Below are positions 1 to 10,100 of a stretch of 64,000 nucleotides of DNA, piece by piece (the first letter of the stretch is position 1; each line of letters begins with the position of its first letter). The notes beneath the pieces are model-generated. The model ran no database searches. It was given only the letters and a program-made list of their open reading frames with translations, and had not been told where the DNA came from. Both the position numbers and the translations under genes were made by a program. Origin of the DNA: an uncultured Bacteroidota bacterium (lineage in GTDB: Bacteria > Bacteroidota > Bacteroidia > Flavobacteriales > BACL11); NCBI GenBank assembly GCA_902597195.1, contig CACJWV010000001.1, forward strand, positions 120 through 64,119, in the 5' to 3' direction.

Positions 1-697
1 CAAAATTTGATAATGAATCTAAATTATAATTAAATTTATTGTCAAAATTCCAGTTTTTTGCTAAATATGATTTTGCAGAGTTCTTTGTTTGAAAATCAAC
101 AATCCATTTAGGCAGCTCACTCATATAATAGCTGCTTGATATCCATTCACCCTCTTTATTCATCCAATAGCAAGCATCAGCTGAGTGACCTGCAGATAGA
201 ATTGCTCCTCTGTCTTTCAAAGAAATACCAAAAACTTTTGAATTATCGTCAAATAATTTTATTTGATCTCCAATGGTTGAGGTAAGTAAATGTTTAGGAG
301 ACATTTGTCCGTCTCTAGAAATTATGTCAAATTTATAGTCACAATTACAGATTGTATGCATTTCTCCATCTCCAGCGCAATATATGTTTTCCTTGCTATA
401 TCTATCAAACCAATTATTTGCTATTATTCCATGATTTGAAGGGGTTGTACCTGTGGCAATAGTCGCATGCCCGGGTCCAGTGTATGTGGGCATAAATGAA
501 AAGTGAGTATTTCTAAAAAAATATCCTTCGTTTACTAAAGTCTTAAATCCGTTATTATTAAAGTTTCCCCAAAATCTGTACACATAATCATATCTCATTT
601 GATCGACAACTATACCGACAACTAGATTTTTTTTCTCTTGAGAAAATGAATAAAAAAACTGTAGGTTTAATATAATAATTAATAAAGTTTTTTTCAT
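1..697 (-). CDS. PafA-like alkaline phosphatase / nucleotide pyrophosphatase-phosphodiesterase family protein. N-terminal part only; the C-terminus lies beyond the window edge.
   Basis: Hand translation of the minus strand from the ATG at 697-695 gives MKKTLLIIILNLQFFYSFSQEKKNLVVGIVVDQMRYDYVYRFW...FMPTYTGPGHATIATGTTPSNHGIIANNWFDR. It has a signal peptide plus the VDQMR and PTxTxPGH...HGIxxNxW motifs of the NPP/PafA family. It is absent from the ORF track because the frame runs off the window. Confidence 0.75.
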   Translation of the reverse strand, partial: MKKTLLIIILNLQFFYSFSQEKKNLVVGIVVDQMRYDYVYRFWGNFNNNGFKTLVNEGYFFRNTHFSFMPTYTGPGHATIATGTTPSNHGIIANNWFDRYSKENIYCAGDGEMHTICNCDYKFDIISRDGQMSPKHLLTSTIGDQIKLFDDNSKVFGISLKDRGAILSAGHSADACYWMNKEGEWISSSYYMSELPKWIVDFQTKNSAKSYLAKNWNFDNKFNYNLDSLSNF

Positions 698-840
698 TTT
701 TTAAATTTAATTTTAAAAATTATAAAAGATAAAGCAACTGCAACTAATACGTCATAGTGAGCCAAAGCATTAGGCCATCCAAAGTTCCAAATGCAAATTA
801 AAGTAAGCCAAAGAAACCAAAATTTATCAAATAACTTCAT
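694..840 (-). CDS. Small hydrophobic Trp-rich protein, 48 aa, unknown function
   Basis: Hand translation gives MKLFDKFWFLWLTLICIWNFGWPNALAHYDVLVAVALSFIIFKIKFKK. Its ATG lies 1 nt after the PAP2 stop, and its TGA overlaps the ATG of the phosphatase gene (ATGA). It is below the ORF-track length cutoff. Confidence 0.4.
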   Translation of the reverse strand: MKLFDKFWFLWLTLICIWNFGWPNALAHYDVLVAVALSFIIFKIKFKK

Positions 841-841
841 G

Positions 842-1399
842 CTAATCAATTTTTGCAAATTTTTTCAATAATTTATAGCTAATTAATGAGGCCATAAGTC
901 CCCACAACATCCCAAAAATAACATCAAGTGGAAAATGAACACCGAGATATACTCTTGAGTATGATATAAGTATTGCCCAGCTTGTGATAGATATAAAAAA
1001 TATCTTATTTTTTAGAATCATACTTGTGAAAAATGCAACTGCAAAAGAATTTGCTGCATGCGAAGAAATAAATGAATATAAGCCACCACAATCAACAACA
1101 TGTCTCATTGATTGTGAAATCAATGAATCATGACAAGGTCTCAAAATCTTAAATTGATTTTTAAATAAATGTACACTGCCAAAATCAGATATAAAAATTA
1201 ATATCACTAGTGTAATAATTAATTTAAAAAAAATGAATTCCTTTTTTCTATAAATTAAATATAGTAAGTATAAATATAGTGGTATCCAAATAAATTTATT
1301 ACTGATCATTATGAAAAAGGGATCAATTATTTCGAACCCTGATTGGTTAATCATAAAAAAAACCTTTTCATTAAAATTTGATAAGTAATTATGCATCAT
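842..1399 (-). CDS. PAP2 superfamily membrane phosphatase (undecaprenyl-diphosphatase / phosphatidic acid phosphatase type)
   Basis: All three PAP2 motifs are present: KILRPCH (KxxxxxxRP), [11 protein letters not shown] (xSGH-like) and [13 protein letters not shown] (SRxxxxxHxxxD). It has multiple hydrophobic segments. Confidence 0.85.
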   Translation of the reverse strand: MMHNYLSNFNEKVFFMINQSGFEIIDPFFIMISNKFIWIPLYLYLLYLIYRKKEFIFFKLIITLVILIFISDFGSVHLFKNQFKILRPCHDSLISQSMRHVVDCGGLYSFISSHAANSFAVAFFTSMILKNKIFFISITSWAILISYSRVYLGVHFPLDVIFGMLWGLMASLISYKLLKKFAKID

Positions 1400-2393
1400 T
1401 AAGCTTTTGCCATAAGTTATTTTTTAAGTCACTGAGTCCAAAATTTGATAAAGATGATATAAAAATTACATTAGTTAGTTCTTTACTAATTTCTTCTTTT
1501 ATTTCATGTTTAAGTTCGTCATCTAATAAATCACATTTTGTAAGTGCTATAACTCTTTCTTTATCTAATAAGTCAGGGTTATATTTTTTAAGTTCATTAT
1601 TTAACGTTTTGTATTCTTGTGTTATATCATTACTATCAGCAGGAATCATAAAAAGAAGTACGGAATTTCTTTCAATATGTCTTAAAAATCTTAGACCTAG
1701 ACCTTTCCCATCAGCTGCTCCCTCAATTATTCCTGGAATATCCGCCATTATAAATGATTGATTATTGTAATATGAGACAATTCCGAGATTAGGAGTAAGT
1801 GTAGTGAATGGATAATCTGCAATCTCAGGTTTTGCTGCAGATAGAACAGATAATAGTGTAGATTTTCCTGCATTTGGAAACCCAACTAAGCCTACATCAG
1901 CAAGAACTTTAAGCTCAAGAACAAACCAACCTTCTTCATAATCAATACCAGGTTGAGCATATCTTGGTGCTTGATTTGTTGAAGTTTTAAAATGAGAATT
2001 TCCTCTACCACCCATTCCTCCCTTAACTAAAGTTTTCTCTTCTTCATTTTCTGTTATTTCGAAAATAATTTGATCGCTGTCTGCATGTTTAGCAACAGTA
2101 CCTAAGGGTACATTAATTATTGTGTCTTTTCCATCTTTACCATGCTTGTGATTACCACTTCCAGATGAACCATGTTCAGCAAATAAATGTTTTTTAAACT
2201 TTAAGTGTAATAAGGTCCACATTTGACTATTACCTCTTAGAATGATATTTCCTCCATTTCCTCCATCACCTCCATCTGGGCCTCCTTTTGAAGTTGTTTT
2301 ACTTCTATGAAAATGAGTGCTACCGGCACCCCCTTTACCAGAACGGCAGAATATTTTTACATAGTCAATGAAGTTTGTGTTCTTTGCCTTCAT
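1389..2393 (-). CDS. obg: GTPase Obg/CgtA
   Basis: Glycine-rich Obg fold ([10 protein letters not shown]...[12 protein letters not shown]) followed by the G domain ([22 protein letters not shown]). Confidence 0.95.
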   Translation of the reverse strand: MKAKNTNFIDYVKIFCRSGKGGAGSTHFHRSKTTSKGGPDGGDGGNGGNIILRGNSQMWTLLHLKFKKHLFAEHGSSGSGNHKHGKDGKDTIINVPLGTVAKHADSDQIIFEITENEEEKTLVKGGMGGRGNSHFKTSTNQAPRYAQPGIDYEEGWFVLELKVLADVGLVGFPNAGKSTLLSVLSAAKPEIADYPFTTLTPNLGIVSYYNNQSFIMADIPGIIEGAADGKGLGLRFLRHIERNSVLLFMIPADSNDITQEYKTLNNELKKYNPDLLDKERVIALTKCDLLDDELKHEIKEEISKELTNVIFISSLSNFGLSDLKNNLWQKLNDA

Positions 2394-2399
2394 GATAGA

Positions 2400-2972
2400 T
2401 TAAATCTTATCTAAAGCGGAGTGTATTTTTTTTGAAATTTCTTCAATACTTCCCATTCCAGCTATTTCCTCTAATTTTTCTTGTAATTTGAAATAGTCTT
2501 TTAAAGGGGAAGTCTTTTTATTATACTCGTTGATTCTATTCTCAATTATTTTCTGATTTTGGTCGTCAGCTCTTCCTGATTCAAGACCTCTTTTCATTAA
2601 CCTTTTTATTAGTTCTTCATCATCTACCGTTAATGAGAGCATGATTTTGATGGGAATACACTTCTCATCAAGCAATTTATCCAACGCCTCAGCTTGTGTT
2701 GTTGTTCTTGGAAATCCATCAAAAATAAATCCCTTAACATCCATACTATTATCAATTATTTTTGAAATCATATCTATAACAACTCTATCAGGAACTAAGT
2801 TGCCGGCATCCATATAAGATTGAGCTTTTAGACCTAGCTCAGATTTATTCTTTATTTCATTACGAAGTATATCACCAGTTGAAAGGTGTTTAAGTTCATA
2901 TTTCTGAACTAATAAATCCGCCTGAGTACCTTTTCCTGCTCCAGGGGGTCCAAATAAAACTACATTAAGCAT
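2400..2972 (-). CDS. adk: Adenylate kinase
   Basis: P-loop GPPGAGKGTQ; the STGDILR and DGFPRT motifs; 190 aa. Confidence 0.95.
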   Translation of the reverse strand: MLNVVLFGPPGAGKGTQADLLVQKYELKHLSTGDILRNEIKNKSELGLKAQSYMDAGNLVPDRVVIDMISKIIDNSMDVKGFIFDGFPRTTTQAEALDKLLDEKCIPIKIMLSLTVDDEELIKRLMKRGLESGRADDQNQKIIENRINEYNKKTSPLKDYFKLQEKLEEIAGMGSIEEISKKIHSALDKI

Positions 2973-2974
2973 AA

Positions 2975-3502
2975 TTAGTGTTTTAATTTATAAATGTGTG
3001 GCAAATTACGACCAATTTCATCATAATCCAAACCATATCCAATAACAAACCTACTAGGGATAGAAAAACCAATAAAATCTATTGGAATTTTTCCATGATA
3101 GGAATCTGGTTTATAAAGTAAGGTGGCTGTTCTAATGCTTTTTACTTCAAGTTTTTTAAGAATCTTAAACAATTCAGATAAAGTGGTTCCAGTGTCAACA
3201 ATATCTTCAACAATAATAATATTTCTTTTTTTTATATCATTTTTTAGTCCTATGAGTTCTTTTACAGCTCCTGTTGATTTTGTGCCTATATATGATGAAA
3301 TTTTAACAAAAGATACTTCAATGTTTTGATTGATTTTTCTAACTAAATCAGAAGCAAAAATGAATGAGCCATTTAATACGCATAAAAAAATAGGATTTTC
3401 AACTTTTAATGAACTTATTTCATTAGCTATTCTAGAAATAGAATTTTCTATCTCAACATCTGAAATAATCTTCTCAAAAATCTTGTTATTTATTTTAATC
3501 AT
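2975..3502 (-). CDS. hpt: Hypoxanthine(-guanine) phosphoribosyltransferase
   Basis: PRPP-binding motif IIIVEDIVDTGTTL; the C-terminal GYGLDY motif; 175 aa. Confidence 0.9.
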   Translation of the reverse strand: MIKINNKIFEKIISDVEIENSISRIANEISSLKVENPIFLCVLNGSFIFASDLVRKINQNIEVSFVKISSYIGTKSTGAVKELIGLKNDIKKRNIIIVEDIVDTGTTLSELFKILKKLEVKSIRTATLLYKPDSYHGKIPIDFIGFSIPSRFVIGYGLDYDEIGRNLPHIYKLKH

Positions 3503-3520
3503 ATGTTCATAATTATTTAT

Positions 3521-5227
3521 TCAACTAAGCCATTTTTTTTGGCATTTAGACTGATTATCAGAAATGTTGTATTCTTTTTTAAATTCTAAAAGTTTAAAGT
3601 AATTGCCTTTTTCTAATTCAACATATTTTAAAGCAAGTTTTTTTTCAATTTTCATTGAAACTAAATTGTCAGACTTAGTCAATATTTCCTTGTAGTCTTT
3701 TACATTTTTATTATTGTTAATTTCAATTATAATATCCTCAGGTCCAATGCCGTTTTGATCAGCTGTAGAGTTTGGCTCAACTTTTTTAATAATTAACTTA
3801 TTATTAGAAATTTGTGAGACGATACCAAAATATCTACAAAGCAAGTCAGGATTCTTTTTTTCAACAAGCTTTAAGCCAACGATTTCAATTGATTTCTTTA
3901 AACTTGGTATGTAATCACTGGTCCCATATATATGATTTTGAAAAATTTTAGACACCTCATTTCCGCCATATTTTGTACATAAAGATTTAAAATCATCTTC
4001 ACTGTACCCAATTTCTTTTTTTGCATATTTTGTGTAAAGATCTTTCATCACACAGTGGAGAGAATGTTTCGTGTCACTATTTTTTATAATGTTTAAGTCA
4101 ATCATTAGCATACATAATGCTCCATCAGGATAAATTGACACTTTTCTGTCAGGTGTTCCCATTTTGTAACCATCAAGCCAACTATCAAAACCACTATCTG
4201 CAACAGATAAATTGAAACGTCCATAGTTCATTAAATGCCTATATAAATTTTGATTTTGTGTTTTAATAAAATCATCCCATGAAAAAACTTTACTATTGAT
4301 AAGAAATAAATCACCCATATATGTAGTTACTCCCTCAGCAACATAGCCTGTTCTAAAGTAATTTTCCTTTGAGTAATCATAAGGTAACATTTCAATAGGT
4401 CTAATAGATTTAATATTCCATGTGTGGTAAAGTTCATGGGAACATACACCTAATAAATCGTCATATCTTTCTGTCATTAAATCATCACTTGGGCCAAGTA
4501 AAAGAACTGTGTTTTTTGTATGCTCAACTCCATGATAAGATCGGTAGGGCGTAATTTGAAATAAAAAATGATACTCATCCACTGGAAAGTCTCCAAAATG
4601 ATTAATTTGACTTTGAGTAAATCTTTTGAAATCTGAAATTAATTTTTTCCAATTAGGCTTACAACTTCCCTCAAACCAAAGGTGAAATAAAATATTATCA
4701 ACCTCGTAAGAATTATGTTGTAGATTTTTTGAACATATAATTGGTGATTCAGCTAATGAGTCAAAATTTTCAGAATATAATGTATTACCTTTTTTTGATA
4801 AAGAAGTTGCAATTTTATAATTTGAGGGAATATCTAATGTTAGTTTATATTTTTCATCAATTCTATTCTCAATGTAAAAAATACAATTGACTGGATTTAT
4901 ATACAATTGGTTTTCATCTAAAAATGAACTACCAGCGTTAAGTAGGTTTGCATAAAAGTTATATTTTACTTTTACTTTTTCTAATCCATTGCACTCAATT
5001 AACCAAGAATCTTTATCAATTTTTTTGAATTTTAGTCTTTTCCCATTAATGCTAAACACAGACCATTTTTGGATATACTGTGCATAATTAGCCAGTTCAT
5101 ACCTTCCTGGGCGCCAACTTGCTAGCTTTAAAATAATTTTTTCACAACCATTAGTCTCAAATTTCAACTCAAAATCAATAAAATGTCTCCAAGGTTTTTT
5201 ATAGCTAATGTTATATTCAATCATCAT
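3521..5227 (-). CDS. M61 family (glycyl aminopeptidase-like) metallopeptidase with C-terminal PDZ-like domain
   Basis: HExxH zinc site in the M61 context (CSHELYHTWNIK). Size of about 570 aa. The C-terminal GIV...KVEPNSTADQNGIGPEDIIIEINN segment looks PDZ-like. Confidence 0.75.
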   Translation of the reverse strand: MMIEYNISYKKPWRHFIDFELKFETNGCEKIILKLASWRPGRYELANYAQYIQKWSVFSINGKRLKFKKIDKDSWLIECNGLEKVKVKYNFYANLLNAGSSFLDENQLYINPVNCIFYIENRIDEKYKLTLDIPSNYKIATSLSKKGNTLYSENFDSLAESPIICSKNLQHNSYEVDNILFHLWFEGSCKPNWKKLISDFKRFTQSQINHFGDFPVDEYHFLFQITPYRSYHGVEHTKNTVLLLGPSDDLMTERYDDLLGVCSHELYHTWNIKSIRPIEMLPYDYSKENYFRTGYVAEGVTTYMGDLFLINSKVFSWDDFIKTQNQNLYRHLMNYGRFNLSVADSGFDSWLDGYKMGTPDRKVSIYPDGALCMLMIDLNIIKNSDTKHSLHCVMKDLYTKYAKKEIGYSEDDFKSLCTKYGGNEVSKIFQNHIYGTSDYIPSLKKSIEIVGLKLVEKKNPDLLCRYFGIVSQISNNKLIIKKVEPNSTADQNGIGPEDIIIEINNNKNVKDYKEILTKSDNLVSMKIEKKLALKYVELEKGNYFKLLEFKKEYNISDNQSKCQKKWLS

Positions 5228-5304
5228 TCAAATCTACAAATTTGGTATAATTAAATTTTAAATCATTTCAATTAATTTAATCAGAATAAAACATTACTTT
5301 TTAT

Positions 5305-5312
5305 TAGATTTG
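5305..5312 (+). promoter_or_regulatory. Candidate Bacteroidota -7 promoter box (TAnnTTTG)
   Basis: TAGATTTG lies 10 nt upstream of the ATG at 5322. The TTG 'start' at 5310 in the ORF track lies inside this box. Confidence 0.3.
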
Positions 5313-5321
5313 AAGAAAAAA

Positions 5322-5720
5322 ATGAAAAAATATTTACCAACCCTTTCTGAACTCATAGATAGGCTTTCAATAGTTCAATTAAAAGAGGTTTTTATACCGG
5401 AGCACAAAGAGGAATATGCAAAAGAAATTCAAGAAATTTTGCATGATATAAATTTAGAGGGTCAGGATGCTGAACTGATAAGAGCTGTCATTGTACTATC
5501 TCAAATGAACTTACATATATGGCATAATGAATCCAATTACAGAAAAGGAATTAAAGATGGTAATAATTTAGAGCTAACCCATGGTTTAAATGGAATAAGA
5601 AATACTGCAAAGAATATAATTCAAGAAAAAGTTGGCGGTAGAAAAGATTATAAGATTGATTGTTTAGCTGCAGAATTTAAAGATTGGGAAATATCTTGGT
5701 CAAAAAAGAATAATAACTAA
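5322..5720 (+). CDS. Hypothetical protein, predicted helical, unknown function
   Basis: Clean ORF beginning MKKYLPTLSELIDRLSIVQLKEVF...NLHIWHNESNYR. The LIDxLSI...K...H/W pattern reminds me of the DUF4254 family, but I cannot verify that. The start was moved from TTG 5310 to ATG 5322. Confidence 0.55.
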   Translation: MKKYLPTLSELIDRLSIVQLKEVFIPEHKEEYAKEIQEILHDINLEGQDAELIRAVIVLSQMNLHIWHNESNYRKGIKDGNNLELTHGLNGIRNTAKNIIQEKVGGRKDYKIDCLAAEFKDWEISWSKKNNN

Positions 5721-5730
5721 AACGTATAAA

Positions 5731-7113
5731 ATGAATTACGACTTAATAGTAATTGGAAGTGGTCCTGGTGGTTATGTTACTGCAATTAGAGCGTCTCAAC
5801 TAGGACTGAAAACAGCAATAATAGAAAAGGAGAGTTTGGGTGGAATATGCTTGAATTGGGGGTGTATTCCTACAAAGGCGCTTTTAAAAAGTGCTCAAGT
5901 CTTTGAATACATAAATAAGGCATCTACATATGGTATTCAAGTAAATGGCTCAAATTTAGATTTTGTCGAGGTTATCAAAAGGTCTAGAGACATAGCAAAT
6001 GGTATGAGCAAAGGAATTGAATATTTGATGAAAAAAAATAAAATTGATGTGATTTTTGGACATGGAAAAATTACTGAACCAGGTAAAGTTGAAGTGACAA
6101 GCTCTGGAAAAAAGGAATCTTATAAATCTACTCATATTATTTTAGCTACGGGTGCAAGATCTAGAGTTCTACCAAATATCCCTCAAGATGGCTCCAAAGT
6201 TATTGGATATAGAGAAGCAATGACCTTAAAAGAAATTCCAAAAAAGCTTGTAATTATTGGTTCGGGTGCAATTGGCGTTGAATTCGCATATTTCTATGCT
6301 ACAATGGGGTCAGAGGTGACAATTGTTGAATATCAAAAAAATATCGTTCCCATTGAAGATAATGATATTTCAAAGCAATTACAGAGATCGTTTAAAAAGC
6401 TTGGAATTAAAATATTAACTCAAACTTCTGTGGAAAAGGTTGATGTCAAAGACAAATGTATTGTACACGCAAAAACAAAAGATTCTGAACAAACTATTGA
6501 TTGTGATGTTGTTTTATCAGCAGTTGGAATTGAAGCTAATACTGAAGGAATTGGGCTTGAGGAATTAGGCGTTAGTATAGAAAATGGCAGAGTAGTTGTT
6601 GATAAGTTTTACAGAACAAATATTCCAGGAATATACGCAATTGGTGATATGTTACCAACTCAAGCATTGGCTCATGTAGCATCTGCTGAGGGAATTTTAT
6701 GTGTGGAAAAAATTACTGGTCATGATGTTGAACCTTTAAACTATTCTAATATCCCGGGATGCACTTATTGCTCACCCGAAATTGCATCAGTGGGACTTAC
6801 TGAAGAAAAAGCTAAAGAACTAGGATACGAAGTAAAAGTTGGAAAATTTCCTTTTTCAGCCTCAGGTAAAGCATCTGCTGCAGGACATAAGGATGGCTTT
6901 GTAAAGGTTATATTTGATGCAAAATATGGAGAATGGTTAGGCTGTCATATGATTGGTTATAATGTCACAGAAATGATAGCTGAAGCTGTAGTTGCAAGGA
7001 GATTAGAAACAACAGGAATGGAAATACTAAAGTCAGTTCATCCACACCCAACAATGAGTGAGGCTGTAATGGAAGCTGTTGCAGACGCTTATGATGAAGT
7101 AATTCATATTTAG
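5731..7113 (+). CDS. lpdA: Dihydrolipoyl dehydrogenase (E3 component)
   Basis: FAD-binding GSGPGGY; redox-active disulfide GGICLNWGCIPTK; NAD-binding GSGAIGVE; C-terminal HPHPTMSE interface motif. Confidence 0.95.
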   Translation: MNYDLIVIGSGPGGYVTAIRASQLGLKTAIIEKESLGGICLNWGCIPTKALLKSAQVFEYINKASTYGIQVNGSNLDFVEVIKRSRDIANGMSKGIEYLMKKNKIDVIFGHGKITEPGKVEVTSSGKKESYKSTHIILATGARSRVLPNIPQDGSKVIGYREAMTLKEIPKKLVIIGSGAIGVEFAYFYATMGSEVTIVEYQKNIVPIEDNDISKQLQRSFKKLGIKILTQTSVEKVDVKDKCIVHAKTKDSEQTIDCDVVLSAVGIEANTEGIGLEELGVSIENGRVVVDKFYRTNIPGIYAIGDMLPTQALAHVASAEGILCVEKITGHDVEPLNYSNIPGCTYCSPEIASVGLTEEKAKELGYEVKVGKFPFSASGKASAAGHKDGFVKVIFDAKYGEWLGCHMIGYNVTEMIAEAVVARRLETTGMEILKSVHPHPTMSEAVMEAVADAYDEVIHI

Positions 7114-10100
7114 AGATTTACTAATTTGAAGTTTCCTAATTTATCATTACTCTCAAAAATTATCTGATATATACCTTTTTTGTGTGCTGTCAGGTCAACT
7201 TTTGTACTTCTGCTTAAATTCTGCTTTGACAGTATTATTTTACCAAATGAGTCAAAGATTTTAAATGAGTAGTTTTCAATGTTGGTCATAACTCTAAAGG
7301 TTCCAGTACTTGGATTAGGGAAAATTGTAATTTCATCATCTAAACTATAATTTTTCGAATCCAGAATATTTTTACCTCTAATATTTACATTGTCAAGAAA
7401 AAAGTTATTACCATAATCATTAATTGCAACAAAACGAATAATTATTGTATCTCCGTTGAGCCCTAAGTTGCTTAGATTTATAGAGTCTTTTTTCCATGAT
7501 CCACATGTGGGTAGCCAGGAACTTCCATAGTATCCAGTGGTTTGTAGATCCGAACCTTTTGCTCCAAAAATAGAATCCCAATTTAGGCCGCAGTCTAAAG
7601 AAATATCTATTCTGAAACCATCATTATAAGAGGAGCTATATCCACTATATGCATAATCATATGATAAAAATTGCTGAGCATTCACTCCGTTTCCAAGTTT
7701 TACCTTATTGGTTATTAAATAAGCTTCGGAGCCTCTTTGATTTGTGTAGTAATTATTTACATAGACTACTTGACTCGGTATACATGATACTCCAGTATCA
7801 ACATATAACTTTTGCCAACCAAATGAACTACTTGGTATTTCCCATCCTATTGGTGGAAATGATGATGATTCAAAATCTTGAACATAGTTTTGGTTGTTTC
7901 CAATTTTAGAAACGGAGTCTGTATAATTAATCATATTATTTATGGTTTGAGTGCTTGAACCATAATTATCAGAGACAGTTAATGAAACATCATAAGATCC
8001 TGGGACATTGTAAACTACAATAGGATTTTCTAAATTTGATGAGCTTGGATTACCTCCGGGAAAACTCCATGACCATGATGCACTTGCTTTTCTTACCGCA
8101 GAGTGATCTACAAAAAAAACAGTATCATTTTTACAGGATATCTCTAATTTATCTGAAGAAATCTGTGCAGATGGGGGAGTACTTTCGTAAAGATCAATAT
8201 CATAGACACTTCTGTTTGTTGCATTAATTAATTTTCCTTCATAATAATTTATCTCAAGTTGAGTGGAGTGTGTCATAAACGGCAATCCATTATCGTATAC
8301 TTGCCAATCGGACATGAAATTGTTCCTGTAATATACTCTGTTCCTTGTGCCAAGATATATTCCTCCGTTGCTTCCTCTTTGAAATTGAATGTTAGTGGGT
8401 TTATCGTTATCCAATGTTGATGTTGATAAATTGATCCAATTAATACCACCATCATTTGATTTAAAAACTTTATATCCATTGGCATATGAGTAATTACCAC
8501 TTTGTGTACACCGTGCTAGCCATACAACGTTTTCATCATTGTCACTCACTGCTATATCAAAAGGTCTCCACACAGATCCATTTTGAGTATTAGAACTAGG
8601 GGTAATGTCAGTCCAGTTCTTACCTCCATCTGATGTCCTCCATACTTTCTTGTCACCCCACCAAGACTCCCATGTGGCCACATATATAACATCAGGATTT
8701 TTCCAAGAGATCTCAATTGATGTAATTTTGTCATTAAAATGATGAACAGGTTCAAACGACAAGCCGTTATTTTTTGTTTTCCATAAAGTAGTATCATTAC
8801 CACTATAAAAAATGTTGTAACATCTGGGGTCAAACTCAATTTGAGATGATTCACCTACAATATATGATGAGTTTGGAAGTTTGTTAATTGAAAAATTATC
8901 TATTGCAATAGTTCGATTTCCAGATAATATTTTGCCACCGTAATCACTATACGCAATTCTCGGATTACCAAAATTTACAAAACCTCTAACATTATCACCT
9001 CCGTCTGTACTAAGCCATCCATTAATATATGTACTATTGTCCTTTAAAAGAGTACCATTATGATATGTGCCCCCAATCATCACATTATTGTCTTTAAAGC
9101 CTGATCCAAATCCCCAAAAATCAGTTCCTGCAATGCCATTCATTTTTTTGACTATGCTGTCACCAGCATTATTTGAATAAAATATACCACCGTCACAGGC
9201 AATCCATAAGTTACTACCATAATAGTTTATGTCATGAATATCTGCATGTACATATTCCTTTTTGTCGGGATGGCTCCATTTTGCTGGGCAATTAAATGTA
9301 AAACCATCATCAGTTGATATCCAGTGGTTGACTCCACCAACATGAATAATATTTTCATTAAACGGGTTTATCGCTAAAGCAAGATCATAATAGTATTGAC
9401 CACCATCATCAGAACCATCATCTTGCCATCCCATTAGATTTAAGTTTGAAGGTGAGGGCATTCCCCCTGGCTGAGGACCACAGCATCTAAACTGCCAATT
9501 ATCTCCTTTGTCATAGCTAACATAAATACCATATAAACCGCTACCTCCATTTGCTTTACCTGTAGCTAGTGCTACAATTTTGTTGGGATTACTAATTGTA
9601 ACAGCAATTTCAGTTCTTTTTTGCTCATCACCTAATATTGGGCTTGGCCAGCCATTACCAATCTTATTAAAAGACAATCCATTGTCATTAGATCTGTAAA
9701 ACTCTGTGCTATCTCCAGTTTGGTTTATGGCATAAATAGTATCACTACTTGACGGGCAAAACTCTATTTCTTGAACAATTCCATTTATTATGTTATTAAA
9801 GTTATATCCACCATTATTTGAAACAAATAAGCCGTGATTAGATGCAACAAATAAATGCTGATTGTCATCTGGATTAAGTTTAATGTCTTTAATAGAATGA
9901 TTTAAAGAATTAAATAAACTATCACCAACAATAATCCAATTTTGCCCACTATCTATAGATTTATATAATTTATTATTTCCAGAAATGTAAATTATACTAT
10001 CATTTGAAAAATCTATCTCAATTGCATATACGCTAGAAACAGGCAAGTTTTTTGTGATTAAAGTCCAATTTGATCCTAAATCATTAGATCTCCATGCACC

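Noticed and set aside
1378-1761. A 127-aa plus-strand ORF, and similar track ORFs at 3123-3512, 7649-8854, 10977-11180, 13799-15244, 17008-17271, 19260-19448, 19911-21326, and many inside the ribosomal genes.
   Set aside because: All are antisense to, or out of frame within, genes with unmistakable conserved motifs. Their Ser/Leu/Ile/Phe-rich translations are typical of spurious frames in AT-rich DNA.
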